Origin: Nitrososphaerota archaeon | GTDB lineage: Archaea > Thermoproteota > Nitrososphaeria_A > Caldarchaeales > Wolframiiraptoraceae | Assembly (NCBI GenBank): GCA_021163925.1 | Contig: JAGGTD010000006.1 | Location: 1-24,000, forward strand | Direction of reading: 5' to 3' | DNA: 24,000 nucleotides | Notes under the pieces: generated by a model | The model's input: only the letters and a program-made list of their open reading frames with translations | What the model was told of the DNA's origin: nothing | The model's database searches: none | Part shown: positions 9,203 through 18,585 of the stretch, piece by piece | Numbering within the stretch: position 1 is the stretch's first letter | Layout: every line of letters begins with the position of its first letter | Made by a program: the position numbers and the translations under genes

Positions 9203-10327
9203 TTGGTTAAGGTTAAGCTTGAACATCTAACGAAACGTTTCGGCAAAGTTGTGGCGGTTAACGACCTAAACCTTGAGATCAAGGATGGGGAGTTCATGGC
9301 CCTGCTAGGCCCATCTGGATGCGGTAAGACCACGACCATGCTGATGATAGCCGGAATCTATAAGCCCACAAAGGGGCACGTATACTTTAATGATGTGTGC
9401 GTTGACGATCTACCCCCAAAGGATAGGAATGTTGGAATGGTCTTCCAGAGCTATGCCCTCTACCCCCATATGAAAGTCTTCGACAACATAGCATTTCCCC
9501 TGAAATTGAAGAAGCTTCCAAAGGATGAGATTAGGGAGAAGGTTAAGAAGGTCGCAGACTTCCTAGAGATAGGTCATCTATTAGATAGAAAGCCAGCGCA
9601 ACTATCTGGAGGCCAGATGCAGAGGGTTGCCTTGGCTAGGGCCTTGGTCAAGGAGCCTGACATATTCTTGATGGATGAGCCTTTGAGCAACCTAGATGCT
9701 AAGCTAAGGGTTGTGATGAGGGCTGAGATTAAGAGGCTTCAGAAGAGGCTCGGGATCACGACCATCTACGTCACCCACGACCAAGTCGAGGCCATGACCA
9801 TGGCTGATAGAATCGCTGTATTGAGGGAGGGGGTTTTACAGCAATGCGCTGTGCCGGATGAACTCTACCTCAAACCCAGAAACATGTTTGTCGGAGGCTT
9901 CATCGGAAGCCCGCCCATGAACTTCCTAGACTGTTCACTGGTCGAGGAGAACCATGAACACTATCTAGATCTCGGCGTGTTCAAGCTATGGATACCACCG
10001 GATATAGCGGATTTAATCATGAAGAATGCCTCTGGATCTGAGCTCGTGCTCGGGATTAGACCTGAAGACTTGAAGGTCACCCTAACCCTACCTCCGGAGG
10101 CGAAGGAGGCTGGACAGAAGTCGAAGGTCCAGGCGATCAGATCCGAGATCTATGTTCTAGAGCCGCTTGGAAAGGACGTGATAATAAACACAAAGCTTGG
10201 GGACACACTTGTGAAGGTAGTCGCCCCTCCAACGATCAGGCCATCGGTGGGAGAGACTATATGGCTGAACTTCGACCTAGATAAGATGCATGTCTTCGAT
10301 AAGAAGACTGAGCTCGCGGTAGTCTAG
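9203..10327 (+). CDS. sugar ABC transporter ATP-binding protein (MalK/UgpC family)
   Basis: Walker A GPSGCGKTTT, signature LSGGQMQRVALARAL, Walker B DIFLMDEPLSNLDAKLR, H-loop THDQVEAMTMADRIAVL. Confidence 0.96.
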   Translation: MVKVKLEHLTKRFGKVVAVNDLNLEIKDGEFMALLGPSGCGKTTTMLMIAGIYKPTKGHVYFNDVCVDDLPPKDRNVGMVFQSYALYPHMKVFDNIAFPLKLKKLPKDEIREKVKKVADFLEIGHLLDRKPAQLSGGQMQRVALARALVKEPDIFLMDEPLSNLDAKLRVVMRAEIKRLQKRLGITTIYVTHDQVEAMTMADRIAVLREGVLQQCAVPDELYLKPRNMFVGGFIGSPPMNFLDCSLVEENHEHYLDLGVFKLWIPPDIADLIMKNASGSELVLGIRPEDLKVTLTLPPEAKEAGQKSKVQAIRSEIYVLEPLGKDVIINTKLGDTLVKVVAPPTIRPSVGETIWLNFDLDKMHVFDKKTELAVV

Positions 10328-10393
10328 CATCAATCACCCAAGCATCTTTACCTCCAAAATACATATTTTAATAAGCCGTCGAAACTAGAGAAT

Positions 10394-11380
10394 ATGAGCG
10401 GGCAGATAAATTTCGGACTCATTGGGGCTGGGAGGATAGGTGCCTTCCATGCGAGAAACATAAAGCAATATACGGATGCCAAGATCTACGCCGTAGCCGA
10501 CGTGGTTAGGGAGGCGGCTGACAGGCTTGCGAGGGAGGTTGGAGCCGAGAAAACATACTACTCACCCGAGGATCTGATCAAGGATGAGCGCGTCGATGCG
10601 ATCGTCATCTGCCTCCCAAATAATCTACATTATCAGGTCTCGATGATGGCCATCGAAGCCGGGAAGCATGTCTTCTGCGAGAAGCCGCTATGCCTCAAGT
10701 CGAGTGAGGCGGAGGACTTGGTGAGGAGGGTTAGGAAGGCTGGAGTGAAGTTTCAGGTCGGATACAATAGAAGATTCGATAAATCCTATGAGAATGTGAA
10801 GAAGCTCATCGAAGATGGGGATCTGGGAAGACTTGTGCTGGCATACTCCAATACATTCGACCCAGAGCCTCATAGTGGCTGGGAGGCGAATGAGAAGCTC
10901 AGCGGAGGCATCTTATTTACAACATGTAGCCACGACTTCGACATGCTCTACTGGCTGATAGGATCTAGGGTGAGGAGAGTTTACACAGAGTCTAGGGGCG
11001 CGTTTGGGAGAGATCAATATCTTATGAGTCTCCTATCTTTCGAGAATGATGTTCTAGGAGTCGTGAGCGTCTTCGAAGCATGTCCATATGGCCATGACGT
11101 TAAGACGGAGATAATAGGGGATAAGGCCTCCATCAGGATAGAGATGCCCGCGGCAACTTACTTCAAGAAATTTGATAAGAATGGGGTCCACACGGACTAC
11201 CCATATTGGTTCCTAGATAGGTTCGGCCACTCATACATTAAGGAGATCCAGGATTTCGTGCGCTGCATTAAGGAGGATAAGGAGCCGAGGGTGACGGTCG
11301 AGGATGGAGCACATGTTGTGAAGATCTGCGAGGCCGCGAGGGAGTCTCTGCTGAAGAGGATGCCCATAGATATCGGATGA
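10394..11380 (+). CDS. Gfo/Idh/MocA family oxidoreductase, myo-inositol dehydrogenase-like
   Basis: GLIGAGRIGAFHARNI Rossmann motif, EAGKHVFCEKPL, GGILFTTCSHDFDMLYWLIG. Confidence 0.92.
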   Translation: MSGQINFGLIGAGRIGAFHARNIKQYTDAKIYAVADVVREAADRLAREVGAEKTYYSPEDLIKDERVDAIVICLPNNLHYQVSMMAIEAGKHVFCEKPLCLKSSEAEDLVRRVRKAGVKFQVGYNRRFDKSYENVKKLIEDGDLGRLVLAYSNTFDPEPHSGWEANEKLSGGILFTTCSHDFDMLYWLIGSRVRRVYTESRGAFGRDQYLMSLLSFENDVLGVVSVFEACPYGHDVKTEIIGDKASIRIEMPAATYFKKFDKNGVHTDYPYWFLDRFGHSYIKEIQDFVRCIKEDKEPRVTVEDGAHVVKICEAARESLLKRMPIDIG

Positions 11381-11491
11381 GCTCGGCGAATCCTCAAGAG
11401 ATCGCATCAACTGCTTTATCGATAAAAGGGAGGGTGAGCCCGGCCCTTCGGCCATCAAATTAACCTTAAATTATGCAAGCACAAGCTATCC

Positions 11492-12703
11492 ATGATGCCT
11501 ATGGAGAAGGATATGCTTGCAGCGGTCTTACATGCAAAATGGGATCCGAGGCCGGAGTATAAGCCCACGCCGAGAGACATTGAAGGAAGATTAACCTACC
11601 TCGGATCGATGGTTTGGAGATATCCCGAGCTCAAGCTTGAGCGTAAGCCGATTCCGAGGATTAGGGATGATGAGGTCCTGATAAGGGTTAGGGCATGCGG
11701 GATCTGCGGATCCGACATACACATGTATGAGAAGGATGAGGATGGATACATCCTATATCCTGGATTGACGGCCTTCCCAGTGGTAATAGGCCACGAATTT
11801 TCCGGGGAGATAGTTGAGGTCGGGGACAAGGCATACGACGCCAAGGGTAAGAAGTTTGAGGTTGGAGAGCCCGTCTGCGCTGAGGAGATGATTTGGTGCG
11901 GATATTGTCGAGCATGTAGGGACGGCTATCCAAACCATTGCGTAAACCTCCAAGAACTCGGATTCACCATAGATGGAGCACATGCGGAATATGTTAAGGT
12001 GACTGCGAGACACTGCTGGTCGATAAGGGAGATAATCGATAGACTTGGGGAGGAGAAGGGGTTTGAGGCTGGAGCATTGGTCGAGCCCACATCGGTAGCC
12101 TATAACGCGATATTTGAGAGGGCTGGAGGATTTAGGCCGGGAGCCTATGTCGTCGTCTTTGGAGCAGGGCCGATAGGATTGGCTGCGACGGCGTTGGCTA
12201 AGGCGGCTGGGGCGGCGAAGGTGATAGTCTCAGAGATCTATGATAAGAGGCTTGAACTTGCTAAGCTCGTCGGCGCCGATGAGCTGATAAATCCGACAAG
12301 GCTTAACGAGCCTGTCGAGAACAAGATCTTGGAGCTCACGGACGGAGAGGGCGCGGACATGTATGTGGAGGCCGCCGGAGCCTTTAACAAGACTTGGCCA
12401 ACAATTGAGAGATGTATCTGGGAAGGCAGTAAGATTAACGCTAAGGTCGCGGCGATAGGTAGGGCTGCTGGACACGTTCCGATCTGGTTTGAGGTTCTTC
12501 AGGTTAGGAGGGCTCAGGTATTCGGATCTCAGGGGCATTCTGGGCATGGGATATTCCCATCAGTCATAAGGTTGATGGCGTCAGAGAGAATAGATATGAC
12601 GAGGATGATCACCGCCAGATTCCCGCTGGAGAAGGCGGTAGATGCGTTCAAGCTGATAAGTGAGCATAGGGACGAGCACGCGAAGATCCTTATAAAGCCA
12701 TAA
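11492..12703 (+). CDS. zinc-dependent MDR alcohol/polyol dehydrogenase (candidate IolM-like)
   Basis: CGICGSDIHMYE, GHEFSGEIVEVG, EEMIWCGYCRACRDGYPNHC, and Rossmann VVFGAGPIGLAATALAKAAGA. Confidence 0.92.
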   Translation: MMPMEKDMLAAVLHAKWDPRPEYKPTPRDIEGRLTYLGSMVWRYPELKLERKPIPRIRDDEVLIRVRACGICGSDIHMYEKDEDGYILYPGLTAFPVVIGHEFSGEIVEVGDKAYDAKGKKFEVGEPVCAEEMIWCGYCRACRDGYPNHCVNLQELGFTIDGAHAEYVKVTARHCWSIREIIDRLGEEKGFEAGALVEPTSVAYNAIFERAGGFRPGAYVVVFGAGPIGLAATALAKAAGAAKVIVSEIYDKRLELAKLVGADELINPTRLNEPVENKILELTDGEGADMYVEAAGAFNKTWPTIERCIWEGSKINAKVAAIGRAAGHVPIWFEVLQVRRAQVFGSQGHSGHGIFPSVIRLMASERIDMTRMITARFPLEKAVDAFKLISEHRDEHAKILIKP

Positions 12704-12788
12704 CACATCCTTCAATTTTTGACGCTTATGGCCTTCATCTCGATCTTTCGAAAATATTAATTAACTCGACCTAGGGAGTATATGTGAG

Positions 12789-13925
12789 GTGATCTACTTG
12801 TCCGAGGTTAAGAGAGTTGTTGATAAGACCGGGAAAGCTTGGTTCGTCACCGAACATCCAGCGATCTTCTTCGAGGACAACACGGTTGGGAGATTGAAGA
12901 AGGAGATCTGGGAGGCATCCGATGAGGAGATAGATAGAATCTTGGAGGAGTATGGCATACCGTCACCGCCCGAACTCGGAAAGCCCGGAACCTATATCCA
13001 AACGACCCCGAGGCATAAGGTGATCGAGAATAGGAGGAAGAACGATATAGTGTTCATCCCCGTTGGAAGCACCGAGGTCCATGGGATGCACTCAGTCTCA
13101 GGCCACGACACACTTCAGGTCACTCAGATAATCGAGGCTGTGAGGAGATACACGGAGAGGAAGGGGAGGCCTGTAAACCTCGTCTGGCCGATAGTCTATG
13201 GAAGCCATCCATATCACCATATCGGAATCCCCGGAAACATAATCTTGCCCGAGACCGTTCTCAGGGAGACCCTGATAGCCGTGATGCTCGGATTATGGAA
13301 TGATGGATTCAGGAAGCAGATAATAATCAGCAACCACGGCCATCAATGGGTCTTAAAATCAGCCCTACATGAATTCATGTACCGCTACCAGCTACCGGGA
13401 ATCTATCAGATCCTCGACTGGCATAGAGCCGTGAGGGAATTCTTCATCCCAACCGGTAGGAAGGATAGTTTTGAGACGAACTTCATCCACGCCGCTGAAG
13501 CCGAGACCTCCCTAGGCCTACTACTATTCCCGAAGGAGATGATAGACATGAGCTACGCGAAGGATGCTTTCGGAAAATCGTATCTCCCAGAGGGACACTT
13601 CGACCTATCAGTCGAGCCGTATAGGAGGCCGCATAGATGGTCTGAGGGCGAGGGGCATATGGCGATAGAGCTTAAGGCGACTCCCATAGGTAATGTTGGG
13701 AGACCGACGCTCGCGAAGGCTGAGAAGGCTAAGAGACCTGTCGCCGCGATCCTAAGATACCTGACCTTACTGATAGATCAGATCCTAGAGGCGTTTCCGC
13801 CTGGAAAGGTTCCGCCGGTTGAGGAGGTAACCCTGAGAACTAGGGAGGAGATGGAGCCATATCTTAAAGAGCCTGGAAGTGAGGGCTGGAAATCCGTGTA
13901 CTCCCTGCCGATATACAGGATCTAA
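12789..13925 (+). CDS. divergent creatininase-family hydrolase-like protein (candidate IolN-like)
   Basis: IPVGSTEVHGMHSVSGHD and SNHGHQW match the positions of the creatininase motifs GSxExHGxHLPxxTD and NGHGGN, with substitutions. Confidence 0.75.
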   Translation: MIYLSEVKRVVDKTGKAWFVTEHPAIFFEDNTVGRLKKEIWEASDEEIDRILEEYGIPSPPELGKPGTYIQTTPRHKVIENRRKNDIVFIPVGSTEVHGMHSVSGHDTLQVTQIIEAVRRYTERKGRPVNLVWPIVYGSHPYHHIGIPGNIILPETVLRETLIAVMLGLWNDGFRKQIIISNHGHQWVLKSALHEFMYRYQLPGIYQILDWHRAVREFFIPTGRKDSFETNFIHAAEAETSLGLLLFPKEMIDMSYAKDAFGKSYLPEGHFDLSVEPYRRPHRWSEGEGHMAIELKATPIGNVGRPTLAKAEKAKRPVAAILRYLTLLIDQILEAFPPGKVPPVEEVTLRTREEMEPYLKEPGSEGWKSVYSLPIYRI

Positions 13926-14755
13926 ACCAACTTTTTTATTTGATTTATCGCCTGCCTCGCAGCGGAGAATTGGTCTGGGATTGGGAGTATCTCAAATGAT
14001 ATGGTTCCATCATATCCTATCTCCTTGAGCACGCCTACTATCTCCTTGAAATTTATATGGCCTGACCCAGGTGCCTGTCTATTGCTGTCAGAGAAGTGTA
14101 GATATGCGAGGTGGTGTCTAGCTTTTCTAATGGCCTCTGGGATGCTTCTCTCCTCGATATTCATGTGAAAGGTGTCGGCTAAGAGCTTCAATGCCCCAGA
14201 CCCTATCTCCCTAATCAGCTTAACCCCCTCATCCAGCCTATTCACTATATTCGACTCATATCTATTCAGGGGTTCAAGCAAGATGTGTATCCCAGCCCTC
14301 TCAGCCTCCCTCGAACATCTCTCAAGACAACTCCTCAAATTATTCCAGCCATCTCGATATGATCCCTCAAACCTTCCCTTAACCGATCCTATGATTACAT
14401 CTGCTTCAAGTTCTTCCGCGAGCCTAATGTATCGAATTATCCTGTCGACGGCCTTCTCCCTAATCTCTGGACTTGGAGACGTGAAGCTTAAGCCGAACTT
14501 CGTATAGGTTAAGCCAGTCCCAATCGCGGTAACCCTTAGCCCATGTTTAGAGACCTTCTCCTTAACCTCTTTAAGCGGCATACTATAGGGATCCTCGACG
14601 AAGAGCTCCACGCCATCATAGCCTAGTTCATAAATCCTTGAGATGTTCTCATCGAAATCTCCGCCAAGTCCTAGAGGCTGAACATCTGTCTCCGGAGAAG
14701 CGATAACGATTGAAAACGTGAAACTCATTACCTCAGCCTCGAAGAGTGCTCGCAA
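13922..14755 (-). CDS. sugar phosphate isomerase/epimerase (xylose isomerase-like TIM barrel)
   Basis: SRIYELGYDGVELFVEDP, HILLEPLNRYESNIVNRL, LLADTFHMNIEE, YLHFSDSNRQAPGSGHINFKEI. Confidence 0.93.
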   Translation of the reverse strand: MRALFEAEVMSFTFSIVIASPETDVQPLGLGGDFDENISRIYELGYDGVELFVEDPYSMPLKEVKEKVSKHGLRVTAIGTGLTYTKFGLSFTSPSPEIREKAVDRIIRYIRLAEELEADVIIGSVKGRFEGSYRDGWNNLRSCLERCSREAERAGIHILLEPLNRYESNIVNRLDEGVKLIREIGSGALKLLADTFHMNIEERSIPEAIRKARHHLAYLHFSDSNRQAPGSGHINFKEIVGVLKEIGYDGTISFEILPIPDQFSAARQAINQIKKLV

Positions 14756-14811
14756 AATTTAAACATGAGGTTCAAATATACTTAAATACAGCTTGAATAG
14801 CCGATAGTCTG

Positions 14812-16941
14812 ATGGAGTTCAAGGAGATTATCTTCAAATCTAGGCCAGCTGAGCTCCCATCGCCTCCAAGAAGTTTAGATCACGCCGATCACGTGGTCTC
14901 GGTTGGATTGGCTGGCCACACGAAGCTTGCCGCCGATCATCTCCTAAATAGGGAGATGGTTGGAAACCTCGTCAATGCGATTAGAGATATCCTCCGGAGA
15001 TTCAACCTGATCTTCAGGGCGAGCGTCGGAACAGGTGAGAAAGCGGTTCTAAACCGCTCAAGAATCTATGAGACCGTGGCTCAGCTCGCATTAAACCTAA
15101 TCGGCGTTGAGAAGAAGTGGATAGGCTTCTCAGAGGATGAGGTGGAGACCTCGTTGACGAAGATCTTGAACGCTATTAGAGAGTGGGAGGAGGTCGAGAG
15201 AAATGAATTTGGAGATCACCCAATATCGAAGGCGACGGTTGAAAAGATCTTATCTGAGCTGAAGAAGGTGATGTCAGGATACTATAGACCACCGGGATCT
15301 ATGTGTTCTAAGATGGCTCAGGAGATCGAGGAAAAGATGAATTGGGATAACCCGGTGTCGAGCTTCATCAACGTCGCCAAGGAGGTGATTCAAAACAATA
15401 TCTACTATAGGATGAGCATGGATGGATACTGTAAGTTCGGAAACGATTACGCGCTAGGGCTTAGATGGGTTAGGCATCTAGGATATGTTCAGGTCTCAAC
15501 GAATCCGACTCTCGCCGCGGTGGCATATGATGACGATCCAACCCTCTGGGATGGATTCATGGATGAGAGCTTCTGCCAAGACCTTAAGACCGTTGTGATG
15601 AAGTATCCGGAGTGGATTAAAAACCCGGAGAAGTATGCGGATGAGCTCGCGATGAAGGCCACGGAGCTCTCAATCTTCCCCAACCTAGCGGTCTTTAGGC
15701 CTATCGCGATCGCATCGGACTTCTATCATGGCCTCGTCAGCCTCCAATTAAATCCATATGTCACGAAGAACGTTGAGAATAGCGTCAAGCAGGCCATGCA
15801 GATCTACATGGATGCCGAGGAGTTTCTGAAGAGATATGATGAATACCTGCTCTGGGGATATTCGAATCAGGTTTGGAGGGGTAGGCCGAACATAGTCTTC
15901 AAGGTTACCGGGGACAGCCCCGCGGCAATAGACATAACGTCCATCTTGGAGAGCATGGGGATCGGGACAAACAACACGGTTACGTTTACAGTTGCTCAAG
16001 AAACAACCCTGATCCTAGCGAAGATCGAGGGTAGGGCTAAAGCAGTCAAGCTCGGAATTCTCCCTACGATGTGCTATGAGACCACGATGGGCGGGAGATT
16101 AGATGATCACATAAGGGAGGTTCAGGCCGAAGCCTTGCTCAAGAGAGCCGTAGAGAGAGCTGGAGAGGGATGCATCAAAGAGCTTGCGGAGAAGCTAGGC
16201 GCATGGGATAAGATCAAGGATCTACCCACAGAGGAGAAGATCAGGGTTGTTTGTAGTAGGAGGTACTTGAGACCCATGAATAAGAGGCCATTTGCGGAAG
16301 TGTTGGCGAAGGCCGGCGTCGTTGAGGGCGGGGTAGATGAGGCTCAGAAATACCTAGATAGACTTGAACATGACGTAGGCCACGCCGGGATAGAGGTTAC
16401 CCACAGGGTCTACAAGATATTCTTCAGCCCGGAGAACAAGCCCAAGTGGATCAAGTACATTATGTCGAAGTATGGTTTGAGCGAGGATGAGGCGAGAGAG
16501 GTATTGGATAGAATAGATGTCCTACCCGCCTCGAAGAGGAAGCCCATAGACACGCTCCTAACCCTAGCCTGGATGAATATGACGAACACGGAGTTCCCAA
16601 ACCATCAGACAAACGTCTTAATGTTCAGTAGGAGGCCGGACTTCAGGATGGAGGATTATAGAGACTCCGTCTTAAAGGAGATAGATCAGTCGATAATCCA
16701 TAGATTGACCGAGGAGTATCAAGATATAAGGGAAGATTGTAGAGCTGCTCTTGAGCTGAATCCAGAGCTCATAGAGAGGTTGAGGGAGGCCGGAGTAGAA
16801 GTAAACTTTGGGACTAGGGGTCACCTGCCCAAGGATTGGCCTCAATTCGGATCCGTCGTTAAGACCATGGACGAGTTCACGAGATCCTACACGAGGTTCA
16901 GGGAGAGGGTAGTGGAGTTTGTCAAGAAGCTGTCAAGCTGA
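14812..16941 (+). CDS. 709-aa transaldolase-family protein with long N- and C-terminal regions
   Basis: GYVQVSTNPTLAAVAYDDDP, HGLVSLQLNPYVTKN, NIVFKVTGDSPAAIDITSILESMGIGTNNTVTFTVAQE and CYETTMGGRLDDH match the transaldolase TNP motif, beta-strands and K-x-P/T Schiff-base region (candidate Lys364). Confidence 0.85.
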   Translation: MEFKEIIFKSRPAELPSPPRSLDHADHVVSVGLAGHTKLAADHLLNREMVGNLVNAIRDILRRFNLIFRASVGTGEKAVLNRSRIYETVAQLALNLIGVEKKWIGFSEDEVETSLTKILNAIREWEEVERNEFGDHPISKATVEKILSELKKVMSGYYRPPGSMCSKMAQEIEEKMNWDNPVSSFINVAKEVIQNNIYYRMSMDGYCKFGNDYALGLRWVRHLGYVQVSTNPTLAAVAYDDDPTLWDGFMDESFCQDLKTVVMKYPEWIKNPEKYADELAMKATELSIFPNLAVFRPIAIASDFYHGLVSLQLNPYVTKNVENSVKQAMQIYMDAEEFLKRYDEYLLWGYSNQVWRGRPNIVFKVTGDSPAAIDITSILESMGIGTNNTVTFTVAQETTLILAKIEGRAKAVKLGILPTMCYETTMGGRLDDHIREVQAEALLKRAVERAGEGCIKELAEKLGAWDKIKDLPTEEKIRVVCSRRYLRPMNKRPFAEVLAKAGVVEGGVDEAQKYLDRLEHDVGHAGIEVTHRVYKIFFSPENKPKWIKYIMSKYGLSEDEAREVLDRIDVLPASKRKPIDTLLTLAWMNMTNTEFPNHQTNVLMFSRRPDFRMEDYRDSVLKEIDQSIIHRLTEEYQDIREDCRAALELNPELIERLREAGVEVNFGTRGHLPKDWPQFGSVVKTMDEFTRSYTRFRERVVEFVKKLSS

Positions 16942-18472
16942 TGAACTCGTCGAGAAACTTGAAGAACATTTGAGAAGCAGGGGCAGAGAGATAAAGGTAT
17001 ATCGGCGGTCAATCACCACCCAATCCGGCACAGTATCACTTCTAATTAGAGAAGGATTGGATAAGAAGTTCGTGATGATATATCGTGAGGAGAGCGACCT
17101 CGTCGAGAGCTTCAAGGCTGAAGAGGAGGGTGAGCTCGACGGATACAGGTATAGAATCTGCCCATGCAATCATGAAAACGCGCTAGCCCTGAGAAGATAC
17201 TTCCCATACACGAGGCCGAGCCGGCTAGCGAAGGGATCGACGATAGGGATGGGGGATAGGATAGGCGTCGCGACCCCCGGCCACATAAGAGCTGCAAGAG
17301 AGTTTAGGATCTTTCCGGCCCTAGCACAGCAATCGATCAGAGAGATGGGGAGGACGGGGAGATCTCCTGAAGAGGTCTTGGACGATGTTTCTTGGGCGGT
17401 CTTCCAAGAAGGCTACCGAGATGGATTCGCGGCCGACGCAGACCACCTAAAGACCCTAGAGGATATCGATAGAACCTTCAAAGCTGGATTCACGATGTAT
17501 ACGTTAGATCCATCCGACTATGTAGACGATCTAGCCGGCACCTATGATCTCAAAACCTTGAGGGAGAAGTTTGATGGGCTTCCATGGAAAGAGCTTGGAT
17601 GTGACCCAAGAAGTTGCCTGAATAGATATGTCGGTCCAAGATTCAGGCTGAGATCCTCTGAGGGGGAGGTCGATATAACCTTCTCCGAGGAGGTGTTGAT
17701 GAGATCCGCTGTCAAATACTCCAAGGCCATCGCCCACATCTTAAAGATGTATAATCGATTAGTCGAGCTATTCGATGGAAAACGCTTCGACCTAGAAATA
17801 TCGGTCGATGAAACCGCAAGCCCCACAACGCCTCAAGAACACTTCTTCATAGCATCGGAGCTTAAGAGGCTGGGAGTTAGATTTGATGGGCTGGCTCTAA
17901 GATTTGTCGGCGCATTTGAGAAGGCGGTTGATTACCGCGGAGATCTAAAGATGTTTGAGGAGACCTTTAAGACCCATGTAATTATCGCGAAGAGCCTCGG
18001 CCCATATAAGCTGAGCATACATTCTGGAAGCGACAAGTTCTCAATCTATCCAATCATCGGGAAGTGGGCTAAGGGGATGTTCCACCTAAAGACCGCAGGC
18101 ACATCATATCTCGAAGCGCTTAGAGTCGTTGCGAGACATGACCCAAGATTATTCAGGGAGATAATAGATTATTCGATGAAGTGCTTTGAAAGGGATAAGG
18201 CGACATATATGATCAGCACGAAGATCGAGTCGATTCCAGATCATAGAATGTGTCGTGATGAGGAACTGGAGGACGTATTTCTGAATAGGGATGAAGGAAG
18301 GCAGCTACTCCACGTAACCTATGGATCGATCCTAACGGCGAGGGATTCTAATGGGAGATGGATATTCAGGGATAAGATCAGGAAAATTCTGCTCGAGAAT
18401 GAGGAAGAATATTATCAGCTCCTCCAAAATCATTTCAGAAAACATTTAACGGCATTAGGTCTAAAAGGGTGA
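16919..18472 (+). CDS. uxaE: tagaturonate epimerase family protein
   Basis: GVATPGHIRAAREF, LAQQSIREMGRTGRSPEEVLDDVSWAVFQEGYRDGFAADADHLKTLEDIDRTFKAGFTMYTLDPSDYVDD, FKTHVIIAKSLGPYKLSIHSGSDKFSIYP. Start codon uncertain. Confidence 0.82.
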   Translation: MSRSCQADELVEKLEEHLRSRGREIKVYRRSITTQSGTVSLLIREGLDKKFVMIYREESDLVESFKAEEEGELDGYRYRICPCNHENALALRRYFPYTRPSRLAKGSTIGMGDRIGVATPGHIRAAREFRIFPALAQQSIREMGRTGRSPEEVLDDVSWAVFQEGYRDGFAADADHLKTLEDIDRTFKAGFTMYTLDPSDYVDDLAGTYDLKTLREKFDGLPWKELGCDPRSCLNRYVGPRFRLRSSEGEVDITFSEEVLMRSAVKYSKAIAHILKMYNRLVELFDGKRFDLEISVDETASPTTPQEHFFIASELKRLGVRFDGLALRFVGAFEKAVDYRGDLKMFEETFKTHVIIAKSLGPYKLSIHSGSDKFSIYPIIGKWAKGMFHLKTAGTSYLEALRVVARHDPRLFREIIDYSMKCFERDKATYMISTKIESIPDHRMCRDEELEDVFLNRDEGRQLLHVTYGSILTARDSNGRWIFRDKIRKILLENEEEYYQLLQNHFRKHLTALGLKG

Positions 18473-18585
18473 AGCCGTTTCGCAGAGAGCCTAATGAACT
18501 GACTAGTAAAGATCGGGAGACCAAAATCGTTGAATTTTCTTTTCGAGAGTTAAGGTTTAAATATGTAGAGGAGAGAAATATTGGC

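Noticed and set aside
11596-12547. Several overlapping ORFs within the MDR dehydrogenase gene
   Set aside because: The sense frame has full MDR zinc and Rossmann motifs; the others have no recognisable motif.
18469-18585. Extended N-terminus of the 2-hydroxyacid dehydrogenase from the upstream GTG
   Set aside because: The 39 extra residues do not look like this family, and the internal ATG gives the canonical start MKPTVYVTRRIP with a purine-rich stretch upstream.
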